Below are positions 22,621 to 34,368 of a stretch of DNA of 64,000 nt, in pieces (the stretch's first letter is position 1; each line of letters opens with the position of its first letter). This DNA comes from Sporopachydermia quercuum (lineage: Eukaryota). The notes beneath the pieces are model-generated. The model did not search any database and was not told the origin of the DNA. It was given only the letters and a program-made list of their open reading frames with translations. Made by a program: the position numbers and the translations under genes. The stretch spans positions 930,001-994,000 of the forward strand of contig BCGN01000003.1 of assembly GCA_001599295.1 (NCBI GenBank), given 5' to 3'.

Positions 22621-25494
22621 TCATCTAAATGATACCTCTTTCTTCCCATATTTCTCAATTAATTCCAGTTCAACTAGTAACGTCTCTAACCTATAGTTCA
22701 TTCTAATATTAGGTACATTTGTCTTAGTTATATCATTGAACAAGGCCATATCTTCATCTTCTTCTCCATTCTCATTTTCATATTCATTTTTCATTTGCAC
22801 TCTAATCAAATCTCTATAATTGTAATAATTCTCCTTACCAATCCAGTGACGTTTTAATACTCTTTCAAACCCTGATTGGATAACTGAATTACGTGCTAAT
22901 TCACATAAATCAACATTAGATAACTTATAAATCTGTGCGGCAACACTATACTCTTCAATTAAAGGTTCCTTGGTATAGCTGAATTGTAGTGGATCATCTG
23001 TTGATAATGAAACATTCAAGCCTCTTCTGAAAAACTTATGGAAAGGATTCTTATCATAAGTAAGGAACAAAGCGTTGTTACTTAATGGTGATACTGCAAT
23101 GCCAATCTGTTCTAAATAGTACAAATATTGAACAAATGGAACTTTTCTTAATAAAATCCCATGATTGATCCCTTCAGAAGTTAGAAAAGCTGATATCAAA
23201 TGATCGGGGTCTCCTGCTTCACCGCAATGTGGCCTTAATACAAATGTATTGAAGCCTCTAGAATTTCTCCAATTATTCAATCCACAAATATTTGCAAACA
23301 GATAATAAAGATAATATGAATAAGGAGGATTTTGAGGTAAATCCCAATATTTCGGCGTTGGATACTTCTTATGAAATCTTCTGTCAACTTTTGATTCATC
23401 ATCAACTGAATCAAACCCGACAACTCTCTGTAGAAACACATGAAGCTTTGGGTGACTTGATGGATCCTCAGTAACTTCATAAAGAGGCCTGAATATATTC
23501 TCAAGTAAATCTTGAAAATTTCCAACTTGAGTTGTTGCTTTATAAATGTTATACAATCTAGGAATTTGAATCAACCATCTAACATTATGTGAGAATAATT
23601 TATTGTCGACAACCCATTCAGCAAGTTTATCCCACTCATCTGGTGATCGACCATAAATTGATATACGATATTCAGCCATTTGATATTTACTATTCTCTAG
23701 ATCTTCAACAACTTCACGAGTGATTTCTGCTAAGTATCTTCCATCAATGAAATTATCAGTCTTGAGGAAGATTTCTCTCAGTCTTGATTCTCCAATTGGA
23801 TTATATTTCAAATTGAACTTATCAAATCTTTGAAACGTGTCTTTATGAGCATGCATGTCAAGTGTATCAATAGACAAATCATATGCTGTTAATTTCAATG
23901 ATTCAAATACTTGACGTAACGTGAGCTGCTTATTATCACGATAAATAACAACTTCATCTGGTGAACGTTTCATTTTATATTTGATAAATCGTAGTAAATG
24001 TTTTTGGTTCATACATGCAGAATGATGAACGTGTGTATCTACTTTACGTACATTATAGAAATCGCGATGTGGATTTCTCTTGGATTCTGCTAATTCTTTA
24101 TGTTCGTTGAGTAAAACGTATAATTCCCATCTGGCTTCTAGATATTCCAATCTCTTAAAAGCAAATGATTTTGCTGCTCCTTCCGAAGAAATTTGAAATA
24201 TATCTTCAAGATCTAAATAATAATCTCTGATAGTAGGAATGTGAAACATTGGTTTTGAGTGCTCAGTATCATCCTTGGAGTAAATTTGGTATACACTTTG
24301 TTCATCAAGTTTCCATTGGTAACGCTCGCAGGCCTTTGGAATTTCACAAGCGGAAAATTCAAAATCATGTCCTATGGTTCTTTCACCATTTGAAAATTCT
24401 TTAGTTTCATAATGCCACGACGGCCCTGGTGGTGGGGGATATACCTTCCAATTATCTGTATCTTTTGGATTATCATCTGCACCTTGTAAAGAATATTTCA
24501 TGTATTTCTCTCTTAGTTTCAAACAGTGCTTAATCTTTGAATAAATGTCAACAAGGTCGGCTGCTATATATTCATCATCATCACCACTTGCTAATTGGGG
24601 TTTATGATTAGCTGGAGTGAAAGGTGAGAATCCACCTGATATTGGAGGCGAAGTGGGAATAGCATTGGCGGGAATAGCAGAAGTTGCCATTGGTGATGAA
24701 CCAGATGTAGGCTGTTTCGAATGTGGTAGCTCACCAACTCCAGCCAGCGGCTCGTCACTATCAGTGGTGATATACTCGTGCAATTCCACGTTCTTATGAC
24801 GATGTACGGTTGACGAAGGTACAGCCTGATGCAATGTAGCATAACTAGGCGGGGTAGGTTCATTTAAATCTAATGTGGAAGAATGAACCAAAGTCGGCCT
24901 TGAGAACGAAGATTTATGTCTCAGTTTCTTCTCCCCAAAAGCACTCCCGCTTCCGCTACTACTGCTGTTGATAGTCTTTGACATATGGGTTATTGCAGGT
25001 GATGAGGGAGCTGATTCTGCTTCAGAATCATAATCATTACCGTTCTGAGGTTCATTTGGATTATGATGAATAGCTAGTAATTTCTCATCATAAGCTTTGA
25101 ACAATTGTTCATCTGCTGACGAATATAATGTTGTACGTGTCAGTAATTTTCCTGGGCCAATACCTCCATCATTCTCAATTGTATTACCATGATCAGGTAT
25201 TTCAACGTGTGAAGGAAATGAATCGCCTGATGAGTTATTTTTTGAGTGAGAACTATTTCTTGGTTTATTAGAAGATTTCGTACTAACAATCTCTGGATGG
25301 AACTTATTGTATGGTGTACCATCATCGTAAGTTATTTGATCTTCTTTATAAGGGTCACTGTCGTCATCTGATTCCGCCTCGTCGTCCTCTTCAGAAATGA
25401 GATCCATTGTTGGTGATATGGGTTTATCATGTGCTTCATTTGAAGAGTCTGTGACAGTCAGCTTGTTTAATGAGTCAATGGTCTCTTTATCCAT
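22621..25494 (-). CDS. AMD1: AMP deaminase
   Basis: 957 aa with a long disordered N-terminus. Motifs: PHRDFYNVRKVDTHVHHSACMNQKHLLRFIK, DSVDDESK, LRPHCGEAG and SLSTDDPLQF. Confidence 0.97.
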   Translation of the reverse strand: MDKETIDSLNKLTVTDSSNEAHDKPISPTMDLISEEDDEAESDDDSDPYKEDQITYDDGTPYNKFHPEIVSTKSSNKPRNSSHSKNNSSGDSFPSHVEIPDHGNTIENDGGIGPGKLLTRTTLYSSADEQLFKAYDEKLLAIHHNPNEPQNGNDYDSEAESAPSSPAITHMSKTINSSSSGSGSAFGEKKLRHKSSFSRPTLVHSSTLDLNEPTPPSYATLHQAVPSSTVHRHKNVELHEYITTDSDEPLAGVGELPHSKQPTSGSSPMATSAIPANAIPTSPPISGGFSPFTPANHKPQLASGDDDEYIAADLVDIYSKIKHCLKLREKYMKYSLQGADDNPKDTDNWKVYPPPPGPSWHYETKEFSNGERTIGHDFEFSACEIPKACERYQWKLDEQSVYQIYSKDDTEHSKPMFHIPTIRDYYLDLEDIFQISSEGAAKSFAFKRLEYLEARWELYVLLNEHKELAESKRNPHRDFYNVRKVDTHVHHSACMNQKHLLRFIKYKMKRSPDEVVIYRDNKQLTLRQVFESLKLTAYDLSIDTLDMHAHKDTFQRFDKFNLKYNPIGESRLREIFLKTDNFIDGRYLAEITREVVEDLENSKYQMAEYRISIYGRSPDEWDKLAEWVVDNKLFSHNVRWLIQIPRLYNIYKATTQVGNFQDLLENIFRPLYEVTEDPSSHPKLHVFLQRVVGFDSVDDESKVDRRFHKKYPTPKYWDLPQNPPYSYYLYYLFANICGLNNWRNSRGFNTFVLRPHCGEAGDPDHLISAFLTSEGINHGILLRKVPFVQYLYYLEQIGIAVSPLSNNALFLTYDKNPFHKFFRRGLNVSLSTDDPLQFSYTKEPLIEEYSVAAQIYKLSNVDLCELARNSVIQSGFERVLKRHWIGKENYYNYRDLIRVQMKNEYENENGEEDEDMALFNDITKTNVPNIRMNYRLETLLVELELIEKYGKKEVSFR

Positions 25495-26762
25495 TATATA
25501 AGCAATACCAAGGGGTTGAAGATTATTAAGGTTCTATAGAAAAAAGCTCGCGTAGGTGCTTATCAAGCTAGCTGTCAGTCAAACAACCAAGGAATAAAAA
25601 GGTTGTGAGGATATAGAGTCAATGATAAATGAATCGAATTGATAATTAGTTTGCAAAGGGATCAAATTAGTATTGCAGAAATTGAAACATAAGAAAAGGA
25701 AAAAGTTAATATACCTCCCGATTTCCAGATGAATTCATATCAAACAAGAGCTGTTTCAAATAATCTCATAGTCGATAGGCAATTGATAGATGAGTAGAAG
25801 AAAGCTGTCATATTTTTTTCCCTTTCATGTTCCTACATGAAGGAGAATCCCGCGGAGGTCCTCAGGAGGTTTTAATTTAAGGTTAGAAAAGTTTGTAAGT
25901 TAGCATAATGCAGTACCGATCGGATAAATAGAAAATATTAGATTACGTGAACATGTAGAATTTTTCCGATGCTACGGAAGAACTTGGTTTAATGGAAGAT
26001 CAAAAGGGTGAGGTGATTTCATTCCCACCAAAAGGAAATCGAAATGAAAGGAATTAATCAGTTTGAAGAGATATTGCTTCGTACCTGAAGGCTATTCTTA
26101 ATAGTTGAATGGCTGATGAATAAGGAATTATAAATTGAATACAACGGAATAATGTGATTCGAAACTGAGATATATTTATTATGAGTTTACCAGGGACATA
26201 TGAGCACAAACCAGTTAGCAACACTCGAACCAGGTACTGGGCAATCTTTTTAATGTTCAGCAAGAACTCCAGCATTTCGTATAGATATATAAATGGTTCT
26301 AAATCATACATAGTAAAAAAATTGTTATTCATACAACGAACGCAATTACTCGATCGCACGTAGATGGCGAAAGGTCTCGACCCGATGTGAAAAGCCGCAG
26401 AGGTCTCAAAACGGTAATAATTAGTTACTAATTTTGGAAATATCTTCCATATGCATAACATTTTACTTAAAATGGGAATTATGTCCATTATTTCTTCATC
26501 GTACTTCAAAATAGCTAATAAATTGAGTATATAAAACAATTGACAGGATCTGTGGAATCGAGAACAATAATTGTGTTCATTACTACTAATAGCTTCGGCA
26601 AATTTTCAATGTTTAAAATGGAATTGAATTAAAGTACGCCTCAATATTGAAAAGGCCAATGAACACCCAACAATAAAAGCCAAATTATTTTCTAAATGAA
26701 ACTTCAATTCACTCGCTCATCAATTATTTTCACATACGCTTCACTTACCCCAGAGTAAATGT

Positions 26763-26802
26763 CCGGCCGACATACCAGTTTAAAAGTTCATATATCGGCC
26801 GG
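26763..26802. promoter_or_regulatory. Inverted repeat with CGG/CCG triplets (candidate Zn2Cys6 factor site) in the AMD1/ECM3 divergent promoter
   Basis: CCGGCCGACATA (26763-26774) and TATATCGGCCGG (26791-26802) are an 11/12 inverted match in an otherwise AT-rich region. Confidence 0.4.
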
Positions 26803-27723
26803 CCTAAGAATTTCGGATCAGTTTAGAATTATTTAGTGCTTTTGCTCGCATTTCCAATGCTTATTTTACCATTTAATCTGATTATTAATTCTTAACCTTT
26901 TTAAAATTCATATAATCTTAAACTTTCAAATACCTTAACTCTATTATAAACCTTATTGTCATTTTTGATTACTCTATCTCATATAACCCTTCTGCTATAC
27001 AACACTTTCTCCCTCTACCAACCTATCATTCAGCTACCAACAGCACAAAATAAAATAAATAGTATACTTATTTAACGATATTTCTGGTTATACCACTTTT
27101 AATCTAGATAAGAAATCAAATCGCTCCCTTTCTAACACTATTTCTTTCAAGACCATCCAAATTCATGACATCTCGTCTCATGCCCTATTTCTAACTCAAT
27201 TTCAAACCCTAATATTGATTTCCCCTAATGAGAAATTTAGCGTATACACCCTCTTAGTACAAATGCTATGAGTCCTTGAAAGAAAAGTTTGTAATAAAGA
27301 CTACAGAGCAGCCGTATTCATAATTATATAACAAAGAAAATGCGAGAGAATATCTTCTTTTGCCTTTTGGAACTAAGAAAGACAAATAGGAACAGTGAAA
27401 TTGATCTTCTATATGCGAGGAGCGTTATTGAAACGATATTTGCGTTGAATGAATCTTGCTAAGTGTTGAAATCTTCAATAAAAATAGGATTGGATTAGAA
27501 TTGGACTATCAAGCAATAGAATCAATCAGAAAATATTCACTGGTAGTATATTAGCAGCACCGTCCACTCTAATAACGGTTTTTAGAAAGCAGATTTTCAT
27601 TAAGAATGAATTTACATATTTTATAATCAGCATCTACATCACACGTTCATCAAAAGGGAAAGAGAGAGGAAGAGAAAAAAAGACGAGCTACGACTTGTGT
27701 GAGTTACTATATGATCATCCAAA

Positions 27724-29850
27724 ATGCAAATCTCCTTAGGGGCAGCAATTTACGTATCTGTGAAACCCATCATAAAGATCTATCTAAATATAGGTCTGGG
27801 GGCTTTACTAGCATATAAAAACGTTTTAAGCGTTGAAACATGTCGTAATATTTCCGATATGATTTTATCGTATATCATGCCGTGTCTTATTTTCAACAAG
27901 GTGGTATCAAATATCAGTGGATCTGACATCAAGGCAATTGGTGTTATTATACTTACTGGCTTAATGTATACCTTCATCGGAACAACATCAGCTTTGATTG
28001 TCAAGCTTACAACAAAAGTCCCAAGAAGTTGGTTTGGAGGATTATTAGCAGCAGGAACATGGAACAATACTTCAGATTTACCAATAGCATATATACAAAC
28101 AATGGCATCAGGGTTAATTTTTACTGCAGAAGAAGGTGATAAAGGTATTGCATATGTGACAATGTTTCTCATTGTTTTCACTTTCACTGTATTCAATATG
28201 GGTGGATTTACGCTTATAGAATCAGATTTTAGAAGAAAACTTGCTTTGGATCAAGAAGCAGAAGTTGACCCAGTGAAAACTGCGGCTGATGACGATAAGG
28301 GTGGTGATGACGTAGAGAAACAGAACCGCTTGGCAGAAGGAAACAATACACCGTCTGGTAGTTCTCCTGGTAGCCGAACACTAAGTAGTTCTGACAGGAG
28401 TGAAGCTAATGATGAGTCGGGGAAACAAAAAACGTTTACTAAGATTACTGCTGTGAAGACTTTAGCAATAGCGCCATCTAGACTTATATTACGAAGAGTG
28501 AAATCAGTGGGAAGAGGAATGAAAGGTATATTTGCTTCTCAGCAACAACCGTACCAGTACGAACAACAAGGTCCTCTATTGGACAATGAAAATGAAGAAC
28601 CCGAAAAGAGAATTAAAGTAGATGATACTTCAATTAATAGAACTTCAACTAGTCAGCGTTCTGTATCTTTTAAAATATCTCCGCCATCAGCACCAGTGGC
28701 AGCAAATCTTAAAGGTCAATTGAATAGTCAATCAGATGGGGCTATCAACACTGACTCAAACAGTACCCCCATTTCTACATCCAGCAGCCAATTAAATGTA
28801 CACGTTCCTAACCCAATACCTTTGCAATCAGAAACAAATACAAGCCTTCCTACTCACAAAACTCGCCCTGTGAAGTACAGAAATCGAGTACATGATCCAG
28901 ATGACCCTGTGGACATCACTTTTCCTTTGCATAGATCGAGAACTGTCCGCTCAACCAATTCCATAGGAGGAAGATCTGTACGATCGATGCAATCATTTAA
29001 TTCTTATCATTCATCTTATCAAGATTATGGTGATGATGATGATGATTATGATGGACTAGAAATAGCTCCCACTATGTCGCACACGCTAGAGTTACGTCAA
29101 ATGCCTACACAAACTATACAAGACGTAATCAACGAGTACTCGGAAGCACACCTGTTAAGATCGGGTCAATTACAACCGAACCTCAATTCTGCACTAACAC
29201 AGGAAGTTGGAATAACCTCAAAGGATATTGAAAGTCCTTCAATTCTTGTGAAGAAAACATCATCTAGGTGGATCCGATTATTAATATTCTTTTTGAAGAA
29301 CTTCAGGAGACCTCCTTCAATGGCATTGATTATTTCTCTTGCTATAACCATGATTCCTTGGGTTCGTGGTCTATTTGTTAACAATAACGCTGGAATGCCT
29401 GATGCACCTGATGGATTACCTGTGCTAAACTTTGTTATTGATTTCACAACATTCATTGGTGCAGCTTCAGTTCCATTTGGATTAATGCTTCTTGGTGCTA
29501 CAATTTCAAGATTACGTCTCAGATCTATCCCTCCTAAATTTATATACACTACATTACTTCTAACAATGTTTAAATTGGTGATTATACCCATTATTGCTAT
29601 TGCCTGGGTGAACCATCTTAAAGTTATGGGTTGGATTGATCCCGACGACAAAGTGATTGTTCTAGTCATGATTCTTGCATCCGCATTGCCAACAGCTACT
29701 GTTCAAGTGTTTTTTACAGCATTTTATACACCGCCAGAGGGTCCTTATATTGAAATGGATTGCCTATCACTTAGTTTGATTGTTCAATATCCAATACTGA
29801 TAGTGACAATGCCAACCTTAGTTACTTATGTTTTGAAGAATGTGATATGA
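27724..29850 (+). CDS. ECM3: Auxin-efflux-carrier-like (Mem_trans/PILS-type) membrane protein
   Basis: 708 aa. MQISLGAAIYVSVKPIIKIYL and WNNTSDLPIAYIQTM in an N-terminal TM bundle, then a long cytosolic loop, then a C-terminal TM bundle with APDGLPVLNFVIDFTTFIGAASVPFGLMLLGATISRL. Confidence 0.9.
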   Translation: MQISLGAAIYVSVKPIIKIYLNIGLGALLAYKNVLSVETCRNISDMILSYIMPCLIFNKVVSNISGSDIKAIGVIILTGLMYTFIGTTSALIVKLTTKVPRSWFGGLLAAGTWNNTSDLPIAYIQTMASGLIFTAEEGDKGIAYVTMFLIVFTFTVFNMGGFTLIESDFRRKLALDQEAEVDPVKTAADDDKGGDDVEKQNRLAEGNNTPSGSSPGSRTLSSSDRSEANDESGKQKTFTKITAVKTLAIAPSRLILRRVKSVGRGMKGIFASQQQPYQYEQQGPLLDNENEEPEKRIKVDDTSINRTSTSQRSVSFKISPPSAPVAANLKGQLNSQSDGAINTDSNSTPISTSSSQLNVHVPNPIPLQSETNTSLPTHKTRPVKYRNRVHDPDDPVDITFPLHRSRTVRSTNSIGGRSVRSMQSFNSYHSSYQDYGDDDDDYDGLEIAPTMSHTLELRQMPTQTIQDVINEYSEAHLLRSGQLQPNLNSALTQEVGITSKDIESPSILVKKTSSRWIRLLIFFLKNFRRPPSMALIISLAITMIPWVRGLFVNNNAGMPDAPDGLPVLNFVIDFTTFIGAASVPFGLMLLGATISRLRLRSIPPKFIYTTLLLTMFKLVIIPIIAIAWVNHLKVMGWIDPDDKVIVLVMILASALPTATVQVFFTAFYTPPEGPYIEMDCLSLSLIVQYPILIVTMPTLVTYVLKNVI

Positions 29851-30951
29851 TTCTAAGCGGTACTTTTATGGGTATAGAAATATTATTGGAAAAGAAAAAA
29901 AGGGGTTTGTATAAATAAATTTAGATAGTATTTATAGAAGCTGTTTTATTGATTTTTTATTGTTGATCCGTAAGGCATTTGTTTAATTCGAGCTCAAAAA
30001 TGCACCGTACAATGAGAGGAGACTTCAAGTTGACGGACATATAGGACATGTAGGACCATTAATTGATCACATATTGTTTTTTATGTCTGGTTGAATTTAT
30101 GACACAGTAAACCAAGCGATTTGGAAGCGAAAGCTGGGTTTTTAACATATTAAGATATTTTCCTCTCTTAAATATAGCACTGTCGTTTAGCTGGACGCTT
30201 CCGAAATCAACTTTCTCACAGCAACGACTGTGATTCACACTTCAAGTCTCCTCTCGAGCAGATGAAGAAAGTGAAGAAACGGGAACTATGCTAACGGACA
30301 CCACCATCTTTCTATACCGTATGCACTATCAAACAAACTACATAATGGAAATATGAAAACCAATAGAGATACACTAAATAACTCTTAATCAATGCAATAC
30401 GATTGATCAAGTGAAGTAAAAAATATANCTACGAACAGCTTTTTCCATTTACTGTTCGGATAGTCTATTCATATATCATTCCAGCACTTTTATAATTTCC
30501 GTCCCATTTCACATATGCTCGCACTGTCTTCTCTCTGATACCAAAGTTTCCTCTTACAGGCATAGATAAACAGCAAATCTGCTGGAATCAACGATTTTCT
30601 TATTTACTTGATGACCAATAAGCAAATGAACGATAACAATGATTTAAGGGTTTATTAGTAAACTAGGATATAAGGAATAGCTAACATTATATATAGTATG
30701 ATATTGTTATGGTATTCTTTTTGAAATGGTAGTACTCAAACAAATATACATTATCAGCATTACTGTCAATCAATCACCTATTAACATTATTGTACCATTG
30801 GTAACTTTCTCATCAGATAGCTACTATATTACGCTTTTCAGAAGTTACTATTGATGTCTGTTTGTTACAACCAGGCCAAGATATCTCTACTCTGGAATTT
30901 GGGAATTACCGTTAGGACGCTATATTATCAAAAAGCTACTTAATCTACATA

Positions 30952-32250
30952 ATGATCTCACCAAGATCTGCATCAAGAACTTCTTCACCAAGTAAAAAAC
31001 AGAACTCGTATCCAAACTTATACAGAACAGCGAAAGAACTGTCTCCTTTACCTCCACTACCAGCAGTACAATTTCAAGATGAGTTGCAAAGGAAAATCCT
31101 TTCAAGAAGGGTTACTGAATCAAATGTTATCATGAATGATGATTATGACTTTAATCTTCATCTAGATGACGATGATGAACCTCAAGGTGCGTATATACCA
31201 AGGAAATTTGAATATGATCCAACGAATAAGGAAAATACTAGACATAAAGATCGTATACGAGACTTCAATTCTGTGAAACAACTGCTCAACCACAATTCTG
31301 ATATTGTTTACCGACCAAGGGTAGATTTGAAAGCAGACAGGTATAATTTTGACGACAGAGCACAATTCAAAGGAAGGCAATCTTCACCTATTAGAAGGCT
31401 CAGAGATGTGGCAGATGTATACTTGACTCTTAAAAATGAAGTAGATGATGTGACTTGCACTTACTCACACCCTGGGGTAGTATATGCCGAAGGATATAAG
31501 ATTCCAATCAAAGTAGTAAAAACGCCCCAACTGAACGACAACAGCGATAGATCGGATTCCATGGGTCCTAATAACACGAAAAGTAGTGAAGCCGGCAATC
31601 GAATTTCAAAAGAACCAGTAGATTATGACTTGAGCAATAGCGAAATTGAAAGGGATAAAAAGTTGAGTCCTATTGAGAGAATCAATCATCACTTTCAGTT
31701 TGATTTTTTACAACAACTTATACCTACTGCCCGTAGGAGTCACATGAAGGCCATCATCAGTGGTCGAAATTCATCTGGAAGTTCAAGGAGAATGGACAGA
31801 GATGAACAATCGAAAAACAAAGGAGAAACAATAGATGACACTGATAGCTCATCTTTATGGAATAATCTATCGTTGTGGTCTATCCTTCAAAGTTTCAACA
31901 AATTAGTACTAGTGATAAACAATGGATTAGCAGAAAACAATTTAATAGCAAAGGATTCATTTATGACCTTTTTCGCATTGTATGCTACTATACTATTTAT
32001 CATTATATCACTGGCAAAGCCTATATTTTATACGTGCTTGGCATTTGCTAAAGCTGTTTTTGAGAAAGTTTTGATATGGGGAATCTTGAGTGGGATTATA
32101 TGGTTGATAGCATGGTCTAACCTAGAGGTGAAAAATAGTCAAGATATTAAGGAGATTAAAAAGCATGAATATGCTAATGAACCTATAATAATTGAACCAA
32201 AATCAAGACAGAAGATGAGGAAACGTAGAAATACAGCATTAAGTTCATAG
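30952..32250 (+). CDS. Hypothetical protein with a long hydrophilic N-terminus and two C-terminal transmembrane segments
   Basis: 432-aa ORF with hydrophobic stretches FMTFFALYATILFIIISLA and VLIWGILSGIIWLIAW. Family not recognised. Confidence 0.75.
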   Translation: MISPRSASRTSSPSKKQNSYPNLYRTAKELSPLPPLPAVQFQDELQRKILSRRVTESNVIMNDDYDFNLHLDDDDEPQGAYIPRKFEYDPTNKENTRHKDRIRDFNSVKQLLNHNSDIVYRPRVDLKADRYNFDDRAQFKGRQSSPIRRLRDVADVYLTLKNEVDDVTCTYSHPGVVYAEGYKIPIKVVKTPQLNDNSDRSDSMGPNNTKSSEAGNRISKEPVDYDLSNSEIERDKKLSPIERINHHFQFDFLQQLIPTARRSHMKAIISGRNSSGSSRRMDRDEQSKNKGETIDDTDSSSLWNNLSLWSILQSFNKLVLVINNGLAENNLIAKDSFMTFFALYATILFIIISLAKPIFYTCLAFAKAVFEKVLIWGILSGIIWLIAWSNLEVKNSQDIKEIKKHEYANEPIIIEPKSRQKMRKRRNTALSS

Positions 32251-32500
32251 CACTAAATCCTGATAGTACGATGTCTATATCTTTTGTTAGCTAAACTGTA
32301 TAATTTAACCGTATCAGTAATTAAATATAAGCATTCAGATCAACAATCAAAATGGACAAAAGAAAAAACAGGTAAAGGATTTACGAACATGGAGTAACGA
32401 TTCATTCATACAAGTCTTTAATACAATTTCAAATAATCCAATTTATGCTAACTTAGTGTATTTTTTTCAAAATTAATTATACTGAACAGTTACACCAAAT

Positions 32501-33492
32501 TTAGAGGACATCACCTTGAGAAGAAGGAATCTCAAAGACAACTTGCTTGCCAGTGAGTTTGTTGTAAATGGCTTGGAAAGATTCCAACTTGTAGTCAACA
32601 GCGGAAGCATCCTTAGAATCCAACAAAACCTTTTGGATCTTGGAACCACCAACAAGGTATCTAACTCTCTTACCGACAATTTCAGTAGGGAAAACCAAAT
32701 CTTCCAAGATAGAATCGTGAACAGCAGTCAAAGTTCTGGATCTAGGTCTCTTTTGAGTTTGTCTGGAAGTTCTACCTGGCTTAGGGAGAATTTTTCGTTC
32801 AGCAAGGAAAACAACGTGTCTTTCAGGGAACTTCTTTTCTAATTCACGAGTAAGTCTGGTTTGGATTTTGTGGAAGGAAGTAAGGGAAGGAACGGGAACG
32901 AAGATGACAATAGCCTTCTTTCCACCTGAAACTTCAATCTAAACGAAAACATGTTAGTAGCTGTTACCATGTGAGAAAGAAAGCGGGTAAAATATCAAAC
33001 GGTGCACAGCAGTTGACAACTTCTTATTGGCGCCTTAAATGAGAACAGGGTTATCAGCTCAGTTATTGTTGAGCATCTTCTCCCATCTTTTCTAGGTCAA
33101 TCTGTTGCCAATTCTACAGATCTGTATTTTGAATTTTTCCTTTCGTTGATGAGTTTTGGGGAAGTTATTATTTTCGCAAGTATCCGTTACTTTGTCGGCA
33201 TTGTTGTGAGGCGTACACAATTTGTATAAATTTTCCTTTGTACTAGTGTGTTTTGGAATCGACTTCTCGCGCCAACTTCTGCAAACTCTTTTAACAGAAA
33301 GCTCTGCACCGTTATTGACAAACCTGAAAATTCTACATTGTTTAGACATACTTCCTTAGCACTCTTAAATTGGAGAGTTCTTAATTCAGTCTTCAATTCA
33401 GGGTTGTGGGATTCAACATCAACGAAAGCTTGAGCGACTTGCAAGTCCAACTCAGTTGGTTCTTGATTGATGACCTTAAAAGCAGCAGACAT
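32501..33492 (-). CDS. RPS7: 40S ribosomal protein S7 (eS7), two exons
   Basis: Exon 1 33492-33352 ([23 protein letters not shown]...FKSAKE). Exon 2 32938-32501 ([17 protein letters not shown]...[30 protein letters not shown]...). 192 aa after splicing. Confidence 0.97.
32939..33351 (-). other. RPS7 intron (413 nt), highly structured
   Basis: Donor GTATGT at 33351, branch TACTAAC at 32959-32953, acceptor TTTAG ending at 32939. A phase-0 join restores the eS7 frame. Confidence 0.95.
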
Positions 33493-34368
33493 TTTGATTA
33501 TAGTGTATTAAGATCTGGCAAATAATATCGTTGCTGAGTATTATATCCTCCACTTGGCACTATTGCGTATTCCAACAACAGCTAAACAAGAATCTATTTT
33601 TCAGAGAAAAGCGTAACAACACACAAAACCAGTATGAATCCGAAGTCTGAAAGTCTGAGTGTGAGAGGGTGTGTGTGTGAATGTCTGAGTGGTTGCTTGG
33701 TTTGGTTACTCTGCGTCTACTCTCCCTACTCTGTATGCATAGCTAAGAAAAGTATGAGTCGTTTAATTTTCCACACTGAATTATTTAATTTTCAGTTGAC
33801 ACTTTGAATATTTCCTTGATTTTCCTTTCTTGGTCAGAATTGTCACATGAACTAATTACCAAGTACGGAGTAAGGTGAAAGCAGTGACAATAAAATCCCT
33901 TATTTATAGCACGTGCTATGCACAGTACGTTTTACACCCAATTTTTTAATTTTTAGTTTTTTCAGTTTTCAGTTTAATTTGATTATCTAATCACATGGGG
34001 GCTCTCGAAAGACTCGAATCACAACCAAAAATTGGCTGTATATTGAAAAAAATTCTTACTATATGAGTCGATCAAATACTAATAGAGATAAGTAAATCAA
34101 TGAAATTCAATCTCAGCTATGTTGTGACTACTAATCGGTTAATCATATAATTACTCCAGAAACCTTCTTGAAAATTTCCATTTAATCCTTTGGTATTTCC
34201 AAAGTGTGAAGTATCTATTGACATTCAACAAGTCGTCATATCATTACCGATTCATTCACAAATAGACATTCTCATATTCATACTCATCACAGTTTGAGCT
34301 TGAACAAACACCTTGAGTGTAATTTTTATCCATAATCAGACCATACTTTTACCAATAATGAATCAAAA

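Noticed and set aside
26054..26539. 161-aa minus-strand ORF and a GGTTCGAG tRNA T-loop-like motif near 26225
   Set aside because: The ORF has a non-ATG start and no family features; the motif lacks a T-stem and cloverleaf.
32939..33351. U17/snR30 snoRNA hosted in the RPS7 intron, as in some vertebrates
   Set aside because: The conserved AUAUUCCUA and AAACCAU motifs are absent from the intron.
33187..33351. Read-through of RPS7 exon 1 as a 101-aa ORF
   Set aside because: The sequence after FKSAKE is intron; splicing restores canonical eS7.
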